This document shows, in pieces, positions 37,137 through 46,689 of a stretch of DNA of 64,000 nt. The notes under the pieces were generated by a model that saw only the letters and a program-made list of their open reading frames with translations, was not told the origin of the DNA and ran no database searches. Both the position numbers and the translations under genes were made by a program. Origin of the DNA: Parcubacteria group bacterium (GTDB lineage Bacteria > Patescibacteriota > Minisyncoccia > UBA6257 > Colwellbacteraceae); contig JBAZMT010000001.1 of NCBI GenBank assembly GCA_041649615.1, forward strand, positions 26,981 through 90,980, read 5' to 3'. How positions within the stretch are numbered: position 1 is the stretch's first letter; each line of letters opens with the position of its first letter.

Positions 37137-38286
37137 GAGCTAATTCTACCAGTTTTTCGGCAATTTTCCGAGCCGCATCCGGTTTTGCGAATTCTTTTGC
37201 CGAAGCGGCCATTGATTCCAAAAGGGAGGTTTTGGAAATCAGTTCTCCCAAGACTCGCAAAAATATAGACGGATTTAATTCCTCTTCCCTTAAAACTATG
37301 CAGGCTTTGGCGCGTTCGTAAGCGAGCGCGTTTTTAAGCTGATGGTTTTGAGCCGCTTCGGGAAGAGGAATCAAAATTGACGGCTTGCCAAGCGCGGCAA
37401 ATTCAAAGATGGATGATCCGGCGCGAGAAATGAAAATGTCGGCGGCGGCGAAAACTTCTTTAATATCGCGGTCAATGAAATCGGTCATTCGATAACCCGA
37501 TGAATTCATTTCTTCGGGAGAATCAAAAAGATTGCCGATCGCTCCACTTACTTCGGCAAACGATTTCGCTCCGGTCTGGTGAAATATCTGGAGGCCCATT
37601 CCAAGCATTTCGGAGACGGACGAAACTACGAGATCATTCATTCTCTGCGAACCTTGAGAGCCGCCGATAACAACCGCTAAAAGTTTTTCCGGGTTAAATC
37701 CCAAAGAAAGTTTGGCGGCACGTTTATCCGGCAGATTTTCAAAAACGATCGGACGCAAAGGATTTCCGACCACCTCGCTTTTTTTTCGGTCTTTGTCGCG
37801 AAGATCGTCCTTTGCGTCTTCAAACGCCAAAAATATTTTTCTTGCGAAACGAGCCGAAATTCGGGTCGTGATACTCGGAACGGAATCCGATTCGTGAATC
37901 ACAACCGGAAGAGAAAAAATCCGACCGGCGATAATCGGCGCTAAACTTCCAGGACCTCCTTTCCCGAAAATCACATCAGGCTTCTCTTTAAAAACAAGCA
38001 TCATGGATTGCACCAAACTCAAAATAAATTTCGGCGCTTCCAAAAAATTTTCAACCGAAAAATATCTTCGCAGTTTGCTCGGAATGATTTTTCTTATTGT
38101 AATTCCCAATTCTTCAAATTTATCCGCATAATCTCCCGGATTACCGACATAAACCAGTCGCAGGATTAGTCCTTTCTTATCCGCGATATTTTTTGCCTCC
38201 GAGCACACCGCGAGAAGCGGATTGATATGACCGGCCGTGCCGCCGCCCGCAAGCATAATTTTTATTTCTTTCTTTTCTCTATCCAT
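37129..38286 (-). CDS. murG: undecaprenyldiphospho-muramoylpentapeptide beta-N-acetylglucosaminyltransferase
   Basis: Start set at the internal Met (MDREKKEIKIMLAGGGTAGHINP). G-loop GGGTGGH and C-terminal GT-B UDP-GlcNAc binding region. Confidence 0.85.
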   Translation of the reverse strand: MDREKKEIKIMLAGGGTAGHINPLLAVCSEAKNIADKKGLILRLVYVGNPGDYADKFEELGITIRKIIPSKLRRYFSVENFLEAPKFILSLVQSMMLVFKEKPDVIFGKGGPGSLAPIIAGRIFSLPVVIHESDSVPSITTRISARFARKIFLAFEDAKDDLRDKDRKKSEVVGNPLRPIVFENLPDKRAAKLSLGFNPEKLLAVVIGGSQGSQRMNDLVVSSVSEMLGMGLQIFHQTGAKSFAEVSGAIGNLFDSPEEMNSSGYRMTDFIDRDIKEVFAAADIFISRAGSSIFEFAALGKPSILIPLPEAAQNHQLKNALAYERAKACIVLREEELNPSIFLRVLGELISKTSLLESMAASAKEFAKPDAARKIAEKLVELARG

Positions 38287-39373
38287 GTCGCAAAGCGTTA
38301 ACCATAAGTCCCGCCATAGCCATAAAAGTAACAAGAGCGGTACCTCCGTAACTTACAAAGGGCAGAGGCACTCCGGTTAAGGGAATGAACCCCGAAACGG
38401 AAGCTATGTGGGTAAAAGCTTGAAGGCCGATTATGGAAGAAAAGCCGATAAGTATCAACTTCCCGAAGTCGGAGTGGGCCCGCGCAGAACCCGAAAGGCC
38501 GGTAAAAACCAGAAGGAAATAAAGGGCGATAAAGAACATTGATCCCACAAAACCGAATTCTTCGGCGACCACGGCAAAAATGGAATCCCCGATCGGCTCC
38601 GGCAGAGAATTCTTGAGAGTGGAATTTCCGTAACCGACTCCCGTAAGACCGCCAGAACCGACCGTAATGAGAGATTGGTTCAGATGATAATTCGTGCCGC
38701 GAACATCCGTGTCGGGACTTAAGAAAGACAAAATTCTTGATTTTCTGTAAGGCGTAAAAGTGATAACGAGCGTAAGTATCAAAATGCCCACAAGTCCCAT
38801 AATGGCGATAAAAGACAGTTTCGTGCCGCTCATAAAGTAAACGATCAGGGTAGAAATCATAATGATTATCAAAATGCTCGTTGAAGGCTGCGCTAAAAGC
38901 AATCCGCCGATAACGGCGCAGATTATCATAAAAGGCAGAAGCCCTTCCGACAGATCTTTTTTGCGGTCTCTTCCTTTGGAGGTCAGCCAGGCGGAGATAT
39001 AAACGATAAAAGTGAATTTGAGCAGTTCCGAAGGCTGGATCTGAAAACCGAAAATATCAAGCCATCTCGCGGAAGTGCCGAACTCGCTGCCCAAGGGCGT
39101 GAAGACAAGGATTAATCCGGCGATATTGATGAGCAACAGAACGAAAGAAATCTTTTTGAGGAATTTAAGCGGAACGAACATGGCGGCGAGAAAAGCAACG
39201 AGCCCAATGCCCAATCCGAAAATAAACTGATGCTTCAGATAGTAATACGCGTCTCCGAATTTTATTTCGCCCAAAGAGGACGAAGCGCTCGCAAGAATCG
39301 CCATACCCAATACAATCAGGGCGGCGGAGATGACTATTATGATAACGTCGGCGTTTTTTTTAATGACGTGCAT
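38279..39373 (-). CDS. ftsW: SEDS-family peptidoglycan glycosyltransferase (FtsW/RodA)
   Basis: 10 TM, conserved SEDS blocks (NxxxL..xGxxxQPSE, PxxHTDFIF-like region IPEPIGDSIFAVVAEEFGFVG). Located in the dcw cluster next to murG. Confidence 0.85.
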   Translation of the reverse strand: MHVIKKNADVIIIVISAALIVLGMAILASASSSLGEIKFGDAYYYLKHQFIFGLGIGLVAFLAAMFVPLKFLKKISFVLLLINIAGLILVFTPLGSEFGTSARWLDIFGFQIQPSELLKFTFIVYISAWLTSKGRDRKKDLSEGLLPFMIICAVIGGLLLAQPSTSILIIIMISTLIVYFMSGTKLSFIAIMGLVGILILTLVITFTPYRKSRILSFLSPDTDVRGTNYHLNQSLITVGSGGLTGVGYGNSTLKNSLPEPIGDSIFAVVAEEFGFVGSMFFIALYFLLVFTGLSGSARAHSDFGKLILIGFSSIIGLQAFTHIASVSGFIPLTGVPLPFVSYGGTALVTFMAMAGLMVNALRHG

Positions 39374-39378
39374 AGTAT

Positions 39379-40836
39379 TCAGATATTAACTATTTCACCG
39401 GAATGGACGTTATTGAAAGAGCCCTCTTCAAAAGCGATTTCGCCGTTTACAATCGTGATTTCCGGTCGGTTGTTTTTAACAATGGTGATATCGGCGGCAT
39501 ATCCTTCCTTGATAACGCCTCTTTTTCTAAAACCCAAAATACGCGCGGGGGCGGAAAGCTTTTTGCCCACGAGTTCAGGCCGAATTCCCAGCCGGTCGGA
39601 GAGCCGGATAAATTCGGCAAAGGGATCGGAAAGTTCCCTGTGTTTTATGGATATTTTTGACATCGGACTCCAGCCGGAGCTGCCGATAATGCTTCTTCCG
39701 TGAGAAGCGATCTTTTCTATCAGTTCTCTATCAGCCATACGCGTTAAAAATTCCGTATCCGCGCCGCACATCGAAACGATGCGGACAAAGGCTTCTTCAG
39801 GGACTATTCCCCTATTTGCCGCAAATTCGGCGACCGATTTTCCCAGGAGAAACTTCATTTCTTTTCGCGGCGCAGAAAAGATAAACGTCTCCTGCGGATC
39901 GAAGGCTCGGGTTCTTTTAGAAAGAAAACCGAAAAACCTTTTTTTCTTCAAAGCGTCAATAAGCCCAACAGATTTTTCTCTGTTAACGGATTTCGGGAGA
40001 ATATCTGCGGCCTTGAAGCGATGGTAGGGATAAGGCGAAAAAGAGAAAGCAAATTCCGCTTTGGGAGATTTTCTCTCAATGGCGTTAACGATTTTTTCAA
40101 AAGCGGAGGCGGAAGAGAGCGAACCGTTCAAGTTTCCGATGATGACTTTAATGCCGGATTCAGCGAAGGGCGCGTAAGATTTATCTTCGGCGGAAAGAGG
40201 AATGAAAGCCGTTTTGTTTTCCTTGAGAAGAATATTTTTCAGGGTATTCAATTCTTCTTCAGAAGCGTCAAATTCGGCAAATCCCCTGTCGCCCACCGAT
40301 ACGCCGACCGAATTATCGGCAAATTCTTGTCCTAGGATGTGAGACAAGACGCCAATTTCTTTTACGCCCAGATTTCTCGGCTTTGGCGTAAGAGAACGCC
40401 TTAAAGTTTCATAGCCTAAAAAACTCGTGAAATTGACGCCCGGATGAAGCGTTTGCACCGAATTCAGATATTCACCCATTCCCCGCCAGCCGGCATTTGA
40501 GGAAGAAACGTCTCCTGCATACATAGCGGGGGCTAAAGACTTGCCTTCGGCGCCGCAAACTATAGTGGTAACTCCCTGTCTTAAAAAATCCGCCTGATCG
40601 GGTTCGCTCAAAAGCGACAAACGATGATCGGAGACGGATGAAATATCTATAAACCCCGGGAAAATCAAGCTTCCGGTTGCCGAAATGATGCGATTGGCTT
40701 TGTATGCCGGAAAATCTCCCAAAGCAGCGATGCGGCGGCCGATAATGAGCACGTCGCTTTTTTTCGGCGCGCCACCCAAACCGTCAATAACTTCGCCACC
40801 TTTGATAAGGAGAGACATTGCTCCATTATAACTCAA
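39379..40836 (-). CDS. D-aminoacylase-like amidohydrolase-family protein with degenerate HxH metal site
   Basis: N-terminal LLIKGGEVIDGLGGAPKKSDVLIIGRRIAALGD...PGFIDISSVSDH (amidohydrolase beta-sandwich + first strand) and C-terminal RGVIKEGYAADITIVK. The PGFIDxHxH His pair is replaced by SSV. No Mur-ligase P-loop, so not murD. Confidence 0.6.
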   Translation of the reverse strand: MSYNGAMSLLIKGGEVIDGLGGAPKKSDVLIIGRRIAALGDFPAYKANRIISATGSLIFPGFIDISSVSDHRLSLLSEPDQADFLRQGVTTIVCGAEGKSLAPAMYAGDVSSSNAGWRGMGEYLNSVQTLHPGVNFTSFLGYETLRRSLTPKPRNLGVKEIGVLSHILGQEFADNSVGVSVGDRGFAEFDASEEELNTLKNILLKENKTAFIPLSAEDKSYAPFAESGIKVIIGNLNGSLSSASAFEKIVNAIERKSPKAEFAFSFSPYPYHRFKAADILPKSVNREKSVGLIDALKKKRFFGFLSKRTRAFDPQETFIFSAPRKEMKFLLGKSVAEFAANRGIVPEEAFVRIVSMCGADTEFLTRMADRELIEKIASHGRSIIGSSGWSPMSKISIKHRELSDPFAEFIRLSDRLGIRPELVGKKLSAPARILGFRKRGVIKEGYAADITIVKNNRPEITIVNGEIAFEEGSFNNVHSGEIVNI

Positions 40837-40892
40837 ATCTTAAAACTCAAATGTCAAAACCGAAGCATATAAACCCTAAAACTGTGGAAAAG

Positions 40893-41942
40893 TTAAATTA
40901 TCCTATCTAGAAAGAACAGGATGAGGCCGGCGCCGGCGGTAACTCCGGAAATAATCCAAAAACGCATAGTGATTTGGGATTCAGGCATGCCTTTCGCTTC
41001 AAAGTGATGATGAATCGGCGTAGAGAGGAAAAGTTTCTTTTTAAATATCTTCTTGTAAATCATTTGGATGATAACGGAGAGGGATTCAATGACCATGACG
41101 AGAGCGAAGAAAGGAAGAAGGATGACCGTGTTCGTGAGCAAAGCGATTACGCCCATGGTAATCCCCAAAGCCATTGAACCGGTATCGCCCATGAAAAATT
41201 TGGTCGGATAGACGTTGTTCCAAAGAAAAGCGATCATGGCTCCGATCATGGCTCCCGTAAAAGCCGCAAGATCGTATCGGCCGAGAACGAAGGCTATCAC
41301 GGCGAGCGCTCCAAAAGCGAAAATTGATACTCCTCCCAGAAGCCCGTCCAGACCATCCGTTTCGTTTGCGGAAAAAGCGCTCGCGGCAATGATGAAAATA
41401 AAAATGGGAATATACCAAAGCCCGATATCGACGGCACCGAAGAAAGGGATATTCAACACGTGCCAATCCAAGTGGGTCGGCGAATAAAACCACCAAGCGC
41501 CAAAGGCCCCCAAAGCCGCATAAAGAAGAAGTTTGTGTTTTACGGAGAGTCCTCCTCCTTTGGGTCCGATCCTAAAAACGCCAAGCAAATCGTCCGCCAG
41601 TCCCACAAGAGCGGCGATAATCATCGCGGCAAGGGGTAAATAAGTTTCCGCCCGATCTATAAAATTAAGGTTTTCGTATATGCCGCCAAGGATTTTACTT
41701 GCAAGAAACATTAAGACGGCAGTCGCAAGAACGGTTCCCCAGATAATCACTCCTCCCATGGTCGGAGTTCCTTCTTTTTTGGCATGAAGAGCGGACATAA
41801 CCGGAGCGGAAGAAGCGTCTCTTATCTGTTTTTTAAGACCGAATCGGCGCAATAATTTCAAAATCAGCGGCGTAACCGCAATGGCTATGGCAAAAGCCGT
41901 CATCGTGACGGCAAGAACTTTAATCGCCTGAGTCAGTATCAT
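40893..41942 (-). CDS. mraY: phospho-N-acetylmuramoyl-pentapeptide transferase
   Basis: KKEGTPTMGG motif, DD and HHH-region motifs (STPIHHHFE), 10 TM. Confidence 0.9.
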   Translation of the reverse strand: MILTQAIKVLAVTMTAFAIAIAVTPLILKLLRRFGLKKQIRDASSAPVMSALHAKKEGTPTMGGVIIWGTVLATAVLMFLASKILGGIYENLNFIDRAETYLPLAAMIIAALVGLADDLLGVFRIGPKGGGLSVKHKLLLYAALGAFGAWWFYSPTHLDWHVLNIPFFGAVDIGLWYIPIFIFIIAASAFSANETDGLDGLLGGVSIFAFGALAVIAFVLGRYDLAAFTGAMIGAMIAFLWNNVYPTKFFMGDTGSMALGITMGVIALLTNTVILLPFFALVMVIESLSVIIQMIYKKIFKKKLFLSTPIHHHFEAKGMPESQITMRFWIISGVTAGAGLILFFLDRII

Positions 41943-42852
41943 CGTTTAAGAACCGAATTATTTTTTCGGCCTCCGTAATTCTATCATCCGCTCCGAGAAT
42001 GATAACGGCATAAGGTTTTCCTTTGACCGAAAAGACGGCAATGAGATTTTCGTTGGCGTCTTCGGTAAAGCCGGTTTTACCTCCCAGAAAATCGTTTCTC
42101 GCGGCAAGAGAATTAATATTCGTCAGACGAACGCTTTTATTGGAATTGAGCTCTTTGATAATGGTGGTTTTTCTGGAAGAAACGGAGAAAAGTTCCGGGT
42201 GAGCGCTCCAGGCATATTCCACGAGCAAGCTAAGATCGTTCGCGGTTCCCTGATTCAGCATGGAAAGCCCGGTGGTCTCCACAAAATGAGTGGCGTTCAT
42301 TCCGAGCTCCGCGGCTTTCCTATTCATAGCTTCCACGAATTGACCGGCCGGCATATTTTCGGACAATGCCACGGCCGCATCGTTTGAAGAGACGACCATC
42401 ATCGCGTAAATAAGGTCTTCAACCGAATATTTCTCCCCTTCCATAAATCCGCCGGAAACACCTTCGGTCGCAATGGCAGTTCCTGAAAAAACTATTTTTT
42501 GATTTAAATCCATTTTCTCCAAAGCCACGATGGAGCTCATTAATTTGGAAAGAGAGGCAAGAGGCCATTTTTCCGTTTTACGGAGAGAAAAGATTTCTTC
42601 TCCGGAAGACAGATCGGTGACCATGCCCGCCTGCATGGACAAATTTTCGGGCGTTTTCGGTTCTTTTTTGCCGGGAAGTTCTCCCGCTCCCGGAAGAGAG
42701 GGATTTTCAGCGGAAGGAATTGAAGAAACAATATTTGCCATTGTGTTCGTGTTTTTACCGTCGGAAGAAAAAGCCGCTAACCCTAATTTAGCGCCTAAAC
42801 CGACGAGAAGAAAGACGGCTCCAAAAATTACGGCTTTAACGGTATTACTCAT
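41920..42852 (-). CDS. D-alanyl-D-alanine carboxypeptidase (S11, PBP5-like)
   Basis: Signal peptide; SxxK (LASLSKLM), SxN (SSND) and KTG (GKTGFT) active-site motifs. Confidence 0.8.
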   Translation of the reverse strand: MSNTVKAVIFGAVFLLVGLGAKLGLAAFSSDGKNTNTMANIVSSIPSAENPSLPGAGELPGKKEPKTPENLSMQAGMVTDLSSGEEIFSLRKTEKWPLASLSKLMSSIVALEKMDLNQKIVFSGTAIATEGVSGGFMEGEKYSVEDLIYAMMVVSSNDAAVALSENMPAGQFVEAMNRKAAELGMNATHFVETTGLSMLNQGTANDLSLLVEYAWSAHPELFSVSSRKTTIIKELNSNKSVRLTNINSLAARNDFLGGKTGFTEDANENLIAVFSVKGKPYAVIILGADDRITEAEKIIRFLNDDTDSGD

Positions 42853-43378
42853 TTTCTATTTCTTCTTTTAATTTCTGGTATTTATCAAACTCAGGTAGTT
42901 CGTTCTTATCCGAGATTCCCAAATGTCTTATGAGATCCGCGGTCGGCCGGTAAAGATAAGCATTTGTTTTTTTGGGATGAGGAATTCGTTCGATCAGTCC
43001 GCGGATCAATAGATTCCGCAAAGTGAAACTTGAATTCACTCCTCTTATATATTCTAGCGAAGATTTGGAAATAGGGCTAAGGTAACTTATAAGCGATAAC
43101 GTTTCAAGAGCGGCCGGAGTCAGACTCTCGTGGATTTCCGTTTTCACGAGTTCTTCCAGAATAGGAGATAATTCGGGTTTGGTCGCAAGTTGTATGCCCG
43201 AATCGTGCGAGACAAGATGAATGCCGCTTTTTTCGGAAGCGTATTTTTGTTTTAAAGATTCTACAGCCTCTGAAACTTTTTCTTCTTTTTCATGGACGAT
43301 GCTCGCGAGTTTTTTAAGACTAACGGGATCTTCTATCGCGAAAAGCACCGCTTCAATTTTTTGTTCCGTGTTATCCAT
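42845..43378 (-). CDS. scpB: segregation and condensation protein B
   Basis: IEAVLFAIEDPVSLKKLASIV winged-helix N-terminus typical of ScpB. 177 aa. Overlaps scpA stop. Confidence 0.85.
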   Translation of the reverse strand: MDNTEQKIEAVLFAIEDPVSLKKLASIVHEKEEKVSEAVESLKQKYASEKSGIHLVSHDSGIQLATKPELSPILEELVKTEIHESLTPAALETLSLISYLSPISKSSLEYIRGVNSSFTLRNLLIRGLIERIPHPKKTNAYLYRPTADLIRHLGISDKNELPEFDKYQKLKEEIENE

Positions 43379-44066
43379 TGGGCGTTATCGTTATTTCCGA
43401 GAAGGGACTGTCTTGGCTGATGCTCACCTTATTATCTTTTAAGAGATGCAAAAGCGCCAAAAATAAAACAATCACTTCGTTTTTATTTCTGTTTTCGGCG
43501 ACACTGCCGAATTTGGAAACGCTTTTGCCGATCCTCGTAATGAGTTCCGAGACATAAGCTTCAAAATTAAGAGGTTCGTAGTCCTCGTATTGAGTTTTCA
43601 GAGCCGTAATGGAAGAGCGCATCGCGGCGATTGAGGCAAGAAGAGAAGGCAAGCTGATTTCCGAAGATGGAATGAAAACGGGGTTTTGTTCCAAAGGAGT
43701 CGGGTCTTTTGCAAAAGATATCCGATTTTTTTTCCAAAGACTCAAAAAGTTTTCCTCGGCATCCTTCAGCGATTTATAAATTATGAGCCGCCTTTCAAGG
43801 TCTTTTATCCCTTCCTCTTCTTCGGGAGTGAGCTCAAAATCGGGAATCAACGTTCTTGATTTAATGAGAATCAGTTTGGCGGCTACGGCAATGAAATCCG
43901 CGAGAAGACGAGGCTCGTCATTTTCCACGATCTTAAGATAATCCAAAAAATCGCCGGTAATTTTCGCCAGGTTTATTTCGGTTATCTCGTATTTTTTATC
44001 TTCTATGAATTCAAGAAGCTTTTGAATGGGTCCCTTAAATCCGGTTGTTTCAATTTCGTAGGCCAT
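43371..44066 (-). CDS. scpA: segregation and condensation protein A
   Basis: FKGPIQKLLEFIEDKKYEITEINLAKITGDFLDYL kleisin N-terminus. 231 aa. Confidence 0.85.
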   Translation of the reverse strand: MAYEIETTGFKGPIQKLLEFIEDKKYEITEINLAKITGDFLDYLKIVENDEPRLLADFIAVAAKLILIKSRTLIPDFELTPEEEEGIKDLERRLIIYKSLKDAEENFLSLWKKNRISFAKDPTPLEQNPVFIPSSEISLPSLLASIAAMRSSITALKTQYEDYEPLNFEAYVSELITRIGKSVSKFGSVAENRNKNEVIVLFLALLHLLKDNKVSISQDSPFSEITITPNG

Positions 44067-44067
44067 T

Positions 44068-45441
44068 TTAATAATTGGTTTTGAGCCAGTTTAAAATTTT
44101 AACGGTATCCGAATGGACGTCTTCCGACCCCAAAACGATAATCGCTACCGGACGTTCTTCGCCGGACAAATCAAGATTAAAAACGCTAAGGAACGTTTCT
44201 TTGGCGGCCGAAGTCTTCCCTATTTTCCCGCCGAAGAAAGAAGGATCGTCCCCGAAAAGGTTGAAATTTGAAAGGTTGCTGAAGGAAGGCCTTCCGTAGA
44301 CGGAATCTTTGAGGTCGCCCGAAGATATTTTCAAAATGAAGTTGCGGTTGTTATACAAATATTTTGCGAGATTAAAGAGTTCTACGGCGTTGCTTTTGTT
44401 TCCTTCGCTTGATCCCGAAGGGTCCGTGAAGGCGGTTTTATCCATTCCGATAGCTTTCGCTTTTTTGTTCATAAGCGATATGAACCGGTCTCGTCCCAGG
44501 TGATCTGCAAATGTTTCAGCCGCTTCGTTTGACGACTCTAAAAGAAGGGGGAACAAGAGATCATAAGCAGTAACGCTCATGCCGGCCGTTAAACGCGGCG
44601 TAGAAGTTTTGACTAACGCTTCTTCGGGAACAACCACGTTCGCTTCAAGATTGATGTATTCTCCGGCAATCAAGGCGGTCATAATTTTCGTGATAGAGGC
44701 GATCGGAAGAATGTCCCCCGAATCTTTTTCAAGCAGGACGTGATTGTTTTTTAAGTCAGCTACCAGGAAAGAATTGGTAGTCAGGTCGGAGGGACCGAGA
44801 CTGTAAACAAAATCATCGGCGTAGAAATCGCGTTCAAAAACGATGACGGGCATTCCGATATGCGCAAGGCGAAATATGTTTTCGGCAGATTCATCGGAAA
44901 GCCTGATGCAACCGCCCGAGAAGCTGGATTCAACCGGCCGTCCATCGGGATAATAGGGCCAGCCGTGAATGAAGAAATTTCCTTGAAAGGACATGCTCCA
45001 AGGCTGGTACACTCTCCCGAAAGAAGAGAAATGATTTTTCTCCATGGTTTCAATTTTGTATATGCCGGCCGGCGTTTCCCACCAGGAGCCTTCTTTTCCT
45101 TTGGTCAAGATGGGCGCTTCGTATTCCAAGTTACCTTTGAGGTAAACGCGAATAGTCATGTCCGATAAATTGGCTTCAATAAAGTCCGCTTCGTTTTTAA
45201 CGAAAGATTCTTTAACGTCCGTAAAAAAATCGGGGTTGGCCAGAGCGGGCAGTGCGCCGAATTCAAGTTCTTCCGGATTGGGAGAAGTGTTGCCGACAAA
45301 AAGAGAATAATTAACGTTCTCCCGAAAAACGGACATAAAAACGGAAAATCCGACAACCAAAAAAGCGAGCAAAGTCAAAACTATGCTTAGAGGAATTTTA
45401 GCGTTTAAAATATCTTTTATCTTTCTAACGGCAACCATCAT
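44068..45441 (-). CDS. fusion protein: L,D-transpeptidase (YkuD) domain + D-alanyl-D-alanine carboxypeptidase (S11) domain
   Basis: N-terminal TM; YkuD catalytic motif FFIHGWPYY...SGGCIRL; downstream SxxK (ASITKIM), SxN (ESSNEA) and KTG (GKIGKTS). Confidence 0.65.
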   Translation of the reverse strand: MMVAVRKIKDILNAKIPLSIVLTLLAFLVVGFSVFMSVFRENVNYSLFVGNTSPNPEELEFGALPALANPDFFTDVKESFVKNEADFIEANLSDMTIRVYLKGNLEYEAPILTKGKEGSWWETPAGIYKIETMEKNHFSSFGRVYQPWSMSFQGNFFIHGWPYYPDGRPVESSFSGGCIRLSDESAENIFRLAHIGMPVIVFERDFYADDFVYSLGPSDLTTNSFLVADLKNNHVLLEKDSGDILPIASITKIMTALIAGEYINLEANVVVPEEALVKTSTPRLTAGMSVTAYDLLFPLLLESSNEAAETFADHLGRDRFISLMNKKAKAIGMDKTAFTDPSGSSEGNKSNAVELFNLAKYLYNNRNFILKISSGDLKDSVYGRPSFSNLSNFNLFGDDPSFFGGKIGKTSAAKETFLSVFNLDLSGEERPVAIIVLGSEDVHSDTVKILNWLKTNY

Positions 45442-46641
45442 TTAGATACCCTTAAATCCTTCTTTTTGATCGTAATTGTTTTTGGGATCCCACATCATCC
45501 AGCCGGCATCGGAAGTGTCCTCCACGGCTTTGATCTGGGCTCTTACCTGATCTTCTCCGTATTCATATCCCAAATTGAAATCCTGAAGCCACGGACGAAG
45601 TTTTGTTTCCGGAAGTTCCCCTTCCGGCACGAGCGCTTGGATTCTTTTTTCCGCCGATTCGCCGGAATATTTTACCACTTCGTAAGGAAAAGCGGCAGGG
45701 TTTTTATAACCGATAAAGCCGGAAGCGAAGTGCGAAGGATAAACCATGGGACAAATGAAATCAAAATTACCGTAAGCATCCTCAAGATATTGGCCGATAC
45801 CCATATCATCCGAAGCACTCGTTACAAGACCGAACAAGTCGGCCGAAATAACTTCTCCCTTAAGCGCCTCCCTAAGATAGACAAAGAAATCTTTAATCGC
45901 TTCTCTTTTGGTTTTAATTCCGTTGTAAAAAGGAAAAGACATTTCGGAGAGAGCTCCGTCCGAAGGAAAACGCACGTAATCAAAATTCACTTCGTCAAAG
46001 CCTTTGGCAAAAGCGTTTTTGGCGATCGCAATGTTATAATCCCAAACTTCTTTTGAGGACGGATCCATCCAGGCAAGTTTTTTGTTATCTACCCAAATTT
46101 CTCCCGTTTTGGAATCTTTAACGGCGAGATCCGGTCGCGCAATCGCGAGCACGGGATCTTGAAAAACGACTACCCTCGCTATCACGTACACGTTTTCGGC
46201 ATGCAGTTTCGCGATAAGGGCGTCAACGTCTTTTATTTTCGGACTTTCGGTTTTATATTTCGCGATTTCGGGATCATTTGTTCTGTAAGCGATATAGCCG
46301 GAGAAGTCCTTAATATCTATGACTATCGCGTTGATTCCGGTTTCTTTGATGACTCGCAAAAGATAATCCACTTTGGAAGCTGATCCGGCAGACCAAGCAG
46401 TGGCGTAAATGGCTTTCACTTTTTCCGGCGGAATGGCGAGTTTTTCAGCCGACAGCGTAATTTCTCCGGCGCTTTCGCTTTCTACAGGCAGTACGGGATT
46501 TTCTTCTTCGGAAGAAACCGTTACCCCTGAAAAATCTTCCGTCCCGATAACGGGGTTTTTCAATTTTTCGCCAAAAATCAAAAAAGCGGCAACCGCCGCT
46601 ACAGTGATAAAAAAGATGAAGAAGACGGCTTTTTTCACCAT
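45442..46641 (-). CDS. secreted putative glycoside-hydrolase-like TIM-barrel protein (DUF4015/GH-like)
   Basis: Signal peptide; pattern AIVIDIKDFSGYIAY...DPSS...DEVNFDYVRFP typical of the hypothetical glycosyl hydrolase family often placed near cell-wall genes. Weak assignment. Confidence 0.4.
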   Translation of the reverse strand: MVKKAVFFIFFITVAAVAAFLIFGEKLKNPVIGTEDFSGVTVSSEEENPVLPVESESAGEITLSAEKLAIPPEKVKAIYATAWSAGSASKVDYLLRVIKETGINAIVIDIKDFSGYIAYRTNDPEIAKYKTESPKIKDVDALIAKLHAENVYVIARVVVFQDPVLAIARPDLAVKDSKTGEIWVDNKKLAWMDPSSKEVWDYNIAIAKNAFAKGFDEVNFDYVRFPSDGALSEMSFPFYNGIKTKREAIKDFFVYLREALKGEVISADLFGLVTSASDDMGIGQYLEDAYGNFDFICPMVYPSHFASGFIGYKNPAAFPYEVVKYSGESAEKRIQALVPEGELPETKLRPWLQDFNLGYEYGEDQVRAQIKAVEDTSDAGWMMWDPKNNYDQKEGFKGI

Positions 46642-46689
46642 AAAAGCGCCTTTATTTTACATTCATTTGACTTATAATGAAAGCATAAA

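Noticed and set aside
39379-40836. Calling this gene murD because of its position between mraY and ftsW
   Set aside because: No Mur-ligase P-loop (GxxGKT/S) or Mur ligase domains. The sequence matches amidohydrolase/D-aminoacylase patterns instead.
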